Below, one piece after another: positions 58,214 through 64,000 of a DNA stretch of 64,000 nt. A program made the position numbers and the translations under genes. Numbering within the stretch: position 1 is the stretch's first letter; each line of letters begins with the position of its first letter. Source of the DNA: Desulfosarcina sp. (GTDB lineage: Bacteria; Desulfobacterota; Desulfobacteria; Desulfobacterales; Desulfosarcinaceae); assembly GCF_046496365.1 (NCBI RefSeq), contig NZ_JAWOHB010000156.1, positions 19,231-83,230 of the forward strand. Direction: 5' to 3'. The notes under the pieces are model-generated. The model was not told where the DNA came from and searched no databases. It saw only the letters and a program-made list of their open reading frames with translations.

Positions 58214-58984
58214 ATGCAAAGCCTGATCACCATCCTGGGTTCGGGAACCTGCGTGCCTTCGCTGGACCGCGGCCCGTGCTCATTTTTAATGCAAACCGGT
58301 GCGCAAAACCTGCTCTTTGACTGCGGACCCGGGACCATGCGCCGCCTGCTGGAAGTCGGTGTCGCCATATTCGATATTTCGCATATCTTCCTCAGTCATT
58401 TCCATCCGGACCACAGCGGCGAACTGGCCTCGTTTCTGTTCGCCTTGAAATATCCGGCACCGGCATGTCAAAAACTGCCCCTGACCCTTGTGGCGGGGCG
58501 GGGATTTAACGCATTTTATGAACGCCTAAAGGCGGTTTACGGTCATTGGATCGCGCTGCCGGCCGATCGGTTCACCGTGGTCGAACTCGATACGCTAAAG
58601 GCTGATCACTTCGCTGGCCCTTCATTTGCCGTTTCCGCTATGCCGGTCGCCCACCGACCGGAAAGCCTGGCTTATCGCATTGTCGATGCCGCAGGCAAAG
58701 TGCTGGTCTATTCCGGGGACAGCGATTTCTGCGAAGGGCTGATTGCCATTGCCGCCGGTGCCGATCTGATGATCTGCGAATCAGCCTTTCCCGATGATCA
58801 AAAAGTCGATGGCCACCTGACCCCCTCGCTTGCCGGGAAAATTGCCCAGGCGGCGGGCGTCAGGCGCCTGGTTCTGACCCATTTTTATCCGGCATGCGAA
58901 GGCGCCGATATTGAAAATCAGTGCCGCAGCACCTATAGTGGTGAGATTGTGCTGGCCGAAGATAGGATGACGTTTACCCTTTAA
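58214..58984 (+). CDS. MBL-fold hydrolase (RNase Z/BN-like)
   Basis: LGSG, FDCG, SHFHPDH, YSGD, GHLTP and LTHFYP motifs. Confidence 0.85.
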   Translation: MQSLITILGSGTCVPSLDRGPCSFLMQTGAQNLLFDCGPGTMRRLLEVGVAIFDISHIFLSHFHPDHSGELASFLFALKYPAPACQKLPLTLVAGRGFNAFYERLKAVYGHWIALPADRFTVVELDTLKADHFAGPSFAVSAMPVAHRPESLAYRIVDAAGKVLVYSGDSDFCEGLIAIAAGADLMICESAFPDDQKVDGHLTPSLAGKIAQAAGVRRLVLTHFYPACEGADIENQCRSTYSGEIVLAEDRMTFTL

Positions 58985-58993
58985 GGTGCATGG

Positions 58994-59671
58994 ATGCGGT
59001 ATTACCCGATAAATCTTGACATACGCGACCGGCGATGCCTGGTAGTCGGCGGTGGGCGGGTGGGGACCCACAAGGTCGACACCCTGATCACGTGTGGTGC
59101 GGTGGTAACTGTAGTCAGTCCCGAGGCCTCTCCCACGCTCGTGCAATTGGCCGCTGAAAAATCGATCATTCTGGAACAGCGCCCCTATCGATCATCGGAT
59201 GTGGAAGGTATGTTCCTGGTTATTGGGGCCACCGACGACCAAACCCTGAACCGTCAGATCAATGCCGATGCAGAGCGCCACAACCTGCTGTGCAACATTG
59301 CCGACCGGCCGGAGATCTGCAATTTCATTCTTCCGGCCATTGTGCAGCGCGGTGATTTTGTTTTGGCGATTTCCACCGCCGGCAAAAGCCCCGCTTTTGC
59401 CAAACATATCCGCAAGCGTCTTGAAACCCAGTTCGGCCCCGAATACGGCACCCTGCTGGATCTGATGGGAGCCATCCGAGCCAAACTGCTGGCCGAAGCC
59501 CATGCGCCGGAGGCGCACAAACCCCTTTTCGAAAAGCTGATTGCGGGAGATCTGCTGACGCTGATCAAAGACAAAAAGACGGCCCGGATCGATCAATTAC
59601 TGGAGCATGTTCTGGGCGCCGGATACCGCTTCGACCAGTTGATGCCATCCAACCGAAATCCCGGGAAATAA
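58994..59671 (+). CDS. sirC: Precorrin-2 dehydrogenase (SirC / CysG N-terminal domain)
   Basis: VVGGGRVG, ATDD, NIAD.PE.CNF and ISTAGKSP motifs. Confidence 0.88.
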   Translation: MRYYPINLDIRDRRCLVVGGGRVGTHKVDTLITCGAVVTVVSPEASPTLVQLAAEKSIILEQRPYRSSDVEGMFLVIGATDDQTLNRQINADAERHNLLCNIADRPEICNFILPAIVQRGDFVLAISTAGKSPAFAKHIRKRLETQFGPEYGTLLDLMGAIRAKLLAEAHAPEAHKPLFEKLIAGDLLTLIKDKKTARIDQLLEHVLGAGYRFDQLMPSNRNPGK

Positions 59672-59672
59672 A

Positions 59673-60494
59673 ATGGAGCCTGTTTTCATCATCACCACCA
59701 TCACCTACATGTGCAGCTGCGCCTGCTATTTCGGCTATCTCTTTTTCCAGAAAGGCGCCCTTCAACGGATGGCGGCCGGACTGATGACGCTTGGCTTCGC
59801 GCTGCACACAATCTTTCTGGCAGTCGGGGGGGTCCGGTCGGGCCACTTTCCGGTGAACAACCTCCATGAGACGCTGTCTATTACCGGTTGGGCCCTTGCC
59901 GCTGTATTTCTGGCCTTGTCCTTGAAGTATAAACTTAAAATACTGGGTATCTACGCCGCGCCGCTGATTGTGCTGATAATGATCGCCGCCTATCAGATGC
60001 CCACACCGGTCGCCCAGGATCCTCAGCTGTTTAAAAGCTGGTGGCTGGCCGCCCATATCATCACCATCTTTATAGGCAACGCGGCCTTTGCCCTGGCCTG
60101 CGGCCTGGGTCTGTTGTATCTGCTTCAGGAAAACGCCATCAAACAGAAAAACCGCGGTTTTTTCTTCAGCAGACTACCGTCATTGGACCTATTGGACACC
60201 AGCGGATACGCTTGCATCGTGGTTGGTTTTTCGATGATCACCATCGGATTGATTACCGGTGTTGTTTACGCCAAAGCGATCTGGGGGCGTTTCTGGAGCT
60301 GGGATCCCAAGGAAGTCTGGTCCGCCATCACCTGGCTGTTCTACGCGGCAATGCTCCATGAACGGCTGACAGTCGGATGGCGTGGACGGCGGGCGGCCGT
60401 CATGGCCATCATTGGATTCGGCGTCCTGCTCTTTACCTTTTTGGGTGTAAACTTTCTACTGCAGGGGCACCACGGAACTTTCACGGCCAGGTAG
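59673..60494 (+). CDS. ccsA: CcsA/HemX-like cytochrome c assembly membrane protein
   Basis: WWD motif WGRFWSWDPKE; context between sirC and hemA. Confidence 0.85.
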   Translation: MEPVFIITTITYMCSCACYFGYLFFQKGALQRMAAGLMTLGFALHTIFLAVGGVRSGHFPVNNLHETLSITGWALAAVFLALSLKYKLKILGIYAAPLIVLIMIAAYQMPTPVAQDPQLFKSWWLAAHIITIFIGNAAFALACGLGLLYLLQENAIKQKNRGFFFSRLPSLDLLDTSGYACIVVGFSMITIGLITGVVYAKAIWGRFWSWDPKEVWSAITWLFYAAMLHERLTVGWRGRRAAVMAIIGFGVLLFTFLGVNFLLQGHHGTFTAR

Positions 60495-60571
60495 ACCGAC
60501 AACACACCATAAGCAACCGGCTCCTTGGGCTGCAGATGCCGCCCGCCGGGAGTCGACAGTGATAATGAACC

Positions 60572-61846
60572 ATGCGCGATATTGTACTGCTTGGACTGAA
60601 TCATAGAACCGCTCCCGTGGACGTTCGGGAATGCATCGCCTTTACGGCGGACGAGACTGCCCGGGCGCTGATGATGCTTCGGGAGAACCCCGCCATCGGC
60701 GAATCCGTTCTTTTTTCCACCTGCAACCGGATCGAATTGCTCATGGCCGTCGACGAGCGCGAGGCGGCGTTATCCCTTGCCAAGCAATTCATCGCCGATT
60801 TCAAGAAGGTGCCCCTCTCCCAGTTTGAGAATTCTCTTTACCAGTATATCGGTGAAGAAGCCGTACGACACACCTTTCAAGTGGCCGCCAGCCTGGACTC
60901 AATGGTGGTGGGCGAGCCTCAGATCCTCGGCCAGATGAAAGCGGCCTATCGCAGGGCAACCCTGGAGAAGACCTCGGGTGTAATCCTCAACAAGCTGCTC
61001 CATCGCACCTTCTTCGTGGCCAAAAAGGTGCGCACGGAAACCGGTATCGGCGATCACGCGGTCAGCATCAGCTACGCCGCCGTCGAACTGGGGAAGAAAA
61101 TTTTCGGTGAGTTGGACGGCAAACGGGTCATGCTGATCGGTGCCGGAGAAATGGCTGAACTGGCCGTCGAGCATCTGATCCGCAACCGCGCCGGCACCAT
61201 TACCGTGGCCAACCGTACCTTTGCGCGGGGCGTCGAGCTGGCCGCGCGCTTCCGTGGAAAAGCGATAAAATTCGAAGAAATTATCGACTGCATGAAGACG
61301 GTGGACATCGTCATCAGCTCAACCGGCGCCACCGGTTATGTGCTTGGCAAAGAACAGATCAAGGAAGCCATGAAGGTTCGCCGCAACCGCAGTCTCTTCT
61401 TTATCGACATCGCCGTTCCCCGAGACATCGATCCGGCCATCAACCGGATCAGCAATGCCTATGTGTACGACATCGACGACCTGAAGGGCATCGTGGATGA
61501 CAACATGGAAGACCGGCAGCGTGAGGCCGTCAAAGCCCATCGAATCATCGATGAGGCGGTTATCGGATTTCTCAAATGGTACGACACCCTGGAGGTCGTG
61601 CCGACGATTGTCTCTCTGCGCGGCAAGGTGGAGGCCATGGCCAGGCAGGAGTTGGAAAAAACCCTGGGAGCGCTGAGTCATCTTACCGAAACCGACAAGC
61701 GCGCCATCGAACGCATGACAGGCACACTGGTAAAAAAAATTCTTCACGAACCCACTGATTTTTTAAAGAAAGATGGTTGTCAGGGCAATAAATCCACCCT
61801 TCTGGACCTGACGCGAAAACTCTTCAATCTGGAGGAAAACCATTGA
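60572..61846 (+). CDS. hemA: Glutamyl-tRNA reductase
   Basis: STCNR, SLDSMVVGEPQILGQ, GAGEM and DIAVPRD motifs. Confidence 0.96.
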   Translation: MRDIVLLGLNHRTAPVDVRECIAFTADETARALMMLRENPAIGESVLFSTCNRIELLMAVDEREAALSLAKQFIADFKKVPLSQFENSLYQYIGEEAVRHTFQVAASLDSMVVGEPQILGQMKAAYRRATLEKTSGVILNKLLHRTFFVAKKVRTETGIGDHAVSISYAAVELGKKIFGELDGKRVMLIGAGEMAELAVEHLIRNRAGTITVANRTFARGVELAARFRGKAIKFEEIIDCMKTVDIVISSTGATGYVLGKEQIKEAMKVRRNRSLFFIDIAVPRDIDPAINRISNAYVYDIDDLKGIVDDNMEDRQREAVKAHRIIDEAVIGFLKWYDTLEVVPTIVSLRGKVEAMARQELEKTLGALSHLTETDKRAIERMTGTLVKKILHEPTDFLKKDGCQGNKSTLLDLTRKLFNLEENH

Positions 61847-62781
61847 ACAAAATTGCCTTCCTATTTCCCGGGCAGGGGTCTCAGGCGGTGGGCATGGGGC
61901 AGGACCTGTTTCAGGAATACGATTTCGTCCGGGAGATCTTCAACGCGGCCGATGACATTGCCGGCAGCCCCATTTCCCGATACTGTTTCCAGGGTCCGAT
62001 GGAAACCTTGACGGAAACGGTCAATCTTCAGCCGGCGGTTACCGCCGTCAACCTGGCCTGCCTGACCGCCATTCAACGTGCAGGCATCGCCTGCAGTCTC
62101 TCCGCGGGCCACAGTCTGGGCGAATACAGTGCGCTGACTTCAGCCGGGGTAGCCTCCATGGGCGACACCCTACGTCTCGTGTTCAAGCGCGGCGAGTTGA
62201 TGCACCGCGAATCATTGAAACATAAGGGTGCCATGAGCGCCATCGTGGGATTGGACATCGAAACCGTGGCGGAATTGGTGAAAGGCGGCCGGCAAACCGG
62301 CGTGGTTTCCGTCGCCAACCACAATTCCGAGCAGCAGATCGTCATCACCGGAAGCCCCGAAGCGGTGACGGCGGTCTCGGAAGCTGCCAAATCGAAAGGG
62401 GCCCGGGCCATTCCCCTCAAGGTGAGCGGAGCCTGGCACAGCAATCTGGTCAAGGGCGCCGAAGATGAATTCACAGCCTTTCTGGACACGCTTCAGTTCA
62501 ATAAGCCAGGCAACACAATCATTCACAATGTTACCGCAGACAGCTGCAATGACGGGGAAGCGATCAAACGCCTCATGGCTCTGCAGCTGTGCAGTCCGGT
62601 GAGATGGTACGATACGATCCGCCGGATGATGGCTGAAGCGGTGACGGTGTTCGTGGAGGTGGGCCCCGGCAAAGTGCTCACGGGGCTGCTGAAAAAAATC
62701 ATTCCGGCGGATTATGCGTATGCCGCCTTCACGGTCAGCAATTTGAAAACCCTTGAGAACCTGGTATCCGAAATCCTTTGA
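61843..62781 (+). CDS. fabD: Malonyl-CoA:ACP transacylase
   Basis: FPGQGSQ, GHSLGEY and VSGAWHS motifs. Confidence 0.94.
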   Translation: MNKIAFLFPGQGSQAVGMGQDLFQEYDFVREIFNAADDIAGSPISRYCFQGPMETLTETVNLQPAVTAVNLACLTAIQRAGIACSLSAGHSLGEYSALTSAGVASMGDTLRLVFKRGELMHRESLKHKGAMSAIVGLDIETVAELVKGGRQTGVVSVANHNSEQQIVITGSPEAVTAVSEAAKSKGARAIPLKVSGAWHSNLVKGAEDEFTAFLDTLQFNKPGNTIIHNVTADSCNDGEAIKRLMALQLCSPVRWYDTIRRMMAEAVTVFVEVGPGKVLTGLLKKIIPADYAYAAFTVSNLKTLENLVSEIL

Positions 62782-63001
62782 AGGAAAAAACATGCAGAAA
62801 TACCAAACAAACATGTCTTAAAAAGACTCGCCCTGTTGCCCCACGATGCCCAGTTAAATGTCAAATATTTGAAAAAATTCGATAATAACGCCGTTTTCGG
62901 CATCAATCCAGGCGACAAAAACACTTTACACCTCCATATGCTTGTGTTAGCTTTCCCTTTTTTGTTAAAAACAGTCAACTTCACTTGAGCAGGATTGAGC
63001 G

Positions 63002-63364
63002 ATGAACAAAAAAGACCTGAAATTTTTTGAAGCACTCCTTCAAAAGCGGCTGCAGGAACTGCTGAGTCACGCCGGTGAAACCGTTTCGGACATGACGGAA
63101 CAAAAGGAGAATTTTCCGGACCCCACGGATCGGGCGGCACTGGAATCGGATCGCAACTTCATGTTGAGAATACGCGACCGTGAGCACAAGCTGATCAAGA
63201 AAGTGAAAAAAGCACTTGATCGCATCGAAGGCGGCACCTTTGGTATCTGCGAAACATGTGGTGAAGACATCTCCGTAGAGCGTCTCAAGGCGCGACCGGT
63301 CACCACGCAGTGCATCGATTGCAAAACCAAAGAGGAAGCTTTTGAGAAAGCCCTTGGCATCTGA
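63002..63364 (+). CDS. dksA: RNA polymerase-binding protein DksA
   Basis: PDPTDRA..E, LRIRDRE and a CxxC..CxxC zinc finger. Confidence 0.93.
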   Translation: MNKKDLKFFEALLQKRLQELLSHAGETVSDMTEQKENFPDPTDRAALESDRNFMLRIRDREHKLIKKVKKALDRIEGGTFGICETCGEDISVERLKARPVTTQCIDCKTKEEAFEKALGI

Positions 63365-64000
63365 TTTATCTGCCGGCATCGATCTGCATGTCCATTCAAC
63401 GGCTTCTGACGGCTCCCTGACGCCATCACAGATTCTTGCGATGGCGGACCGGCTGGGCCTGAAAGCCGTCTCCATCACAGACCACGACACCCTCGGCGGT
63501 TCAATTGCCGCCATGGCCGCCGGCATTCCAGCGACGCTCGCGTTTTTGACCGGCATCGAGGTCAGCGCCGCGGCGCCAACCGGATGTGGCCTGAACGGCA
63601 GCATCCATATTCTCGGTTACGGGATAGACCCCCGCAATTGTGCACTCAATCAACTTCTCGACGTGCTGCAAAACGCAAGGAAAAACAGGAATCCGCAAAT
63701 CATTTCCCGACTCGCCAGCCTGGGAATGGCTATGGACACCGACGAATTGGCCAGTATCGTCGGCGATGCCGTTGCCGGACGCGCCCACATTGCCCAGTTG
63801 ATGGTTAAAAAAGGAATGGCGCATTCCATTGACGACGCCTTCGACCGGTTTCTAGGAAGAAACAGGCCTGCCTATGTCGAAAAATTCCGCGTTCCCATGG
63901 GCGACGCAATTGCCGCCATCAACCAGGCCGGTGGCGTGGCTGTGCTGGCCCATCCCCATCTGACCGGTATGACCGACCCGGAAGCGTTCGAGGCCTTTCT
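63354..64000 (+). CDS. PHP-domain protein (TrpH/YciV-like), truncated by the window end
   Basis: Manual translation: IDLHVHSTASDG, ITDHDT, GIEVS, HILGY, GRAH, VLAHP. Confidence 0.88.
   Translation, partial: MASDLSAGIDLHVHSTASDGSLTPSQILAMADRLGLKAVSITDHDTLGGSIAAMAAGIPATLAFLTGIEVSAAAPTGCGLNGSIHILGYGIDPRNCALNQLLDVLQNARKNRNPQIISRLASLGMAMDTDELASIVGDAVAGRAHIAQLMVKKGMAHSIDDAFDRFLGRNRPAYVEKFRVPMGDAIAAINQAGGVAVLAHPHLTGMTDPEAFEAF

Noticed and set aside
1-64000. CRISPR arrays, tRNA/rRNA genes, transposases or prophage genes
   Set aside because: None recognised by eye; small structured RNAs could still be missed without a covariance-model search

Overview
A gene-dense, roughly 55-60% GC chromosomal segment from a sulfate-reducing deltaproteobacterium. 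It looks Desulfosarcina/Desulfobacterales-like, which is an inference from aprBA-qmoABC, the gene context and the repeat types. In order it holds: a TRAP/pxpABC/nitrilase catabolic cluster; a MoxR-Bat (VWA) operon; znuACB-zur with a Zur-box-like palindrome; a three-gene envelope cassette (SEL1 + peptidoglycan-binding protein, secreted Gly-tailed protein, TolB-like CxxCH lipoprotein); a NifS-like PLP enzyme; RluA; an RsmG-SpoU fusion; aprBA-qmoABC; several housekeeping/regulatory genes; clpB; a PP2C-FHA-atypical kinase module; an F0-only ATP synthase operon; sirC-ccsA-hemA-fabD; dksA; and a PHP protein. The most striking observation is in the F0 operon. Next to a normal Na+-type c subunit it encodes a 325-aa fusion of four c hairpins in which only hairpin 1 keeps the ion-binding Glu and hairpins 2-4 have Gln. 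The two end hairpins keep complementary half-sites, which suggests a hybrid rotor ring with a three-site gap. No rRNA, tRNA, CRISPR array or transposase was seen. All product calls come from motif recognition by eye, not database searches.
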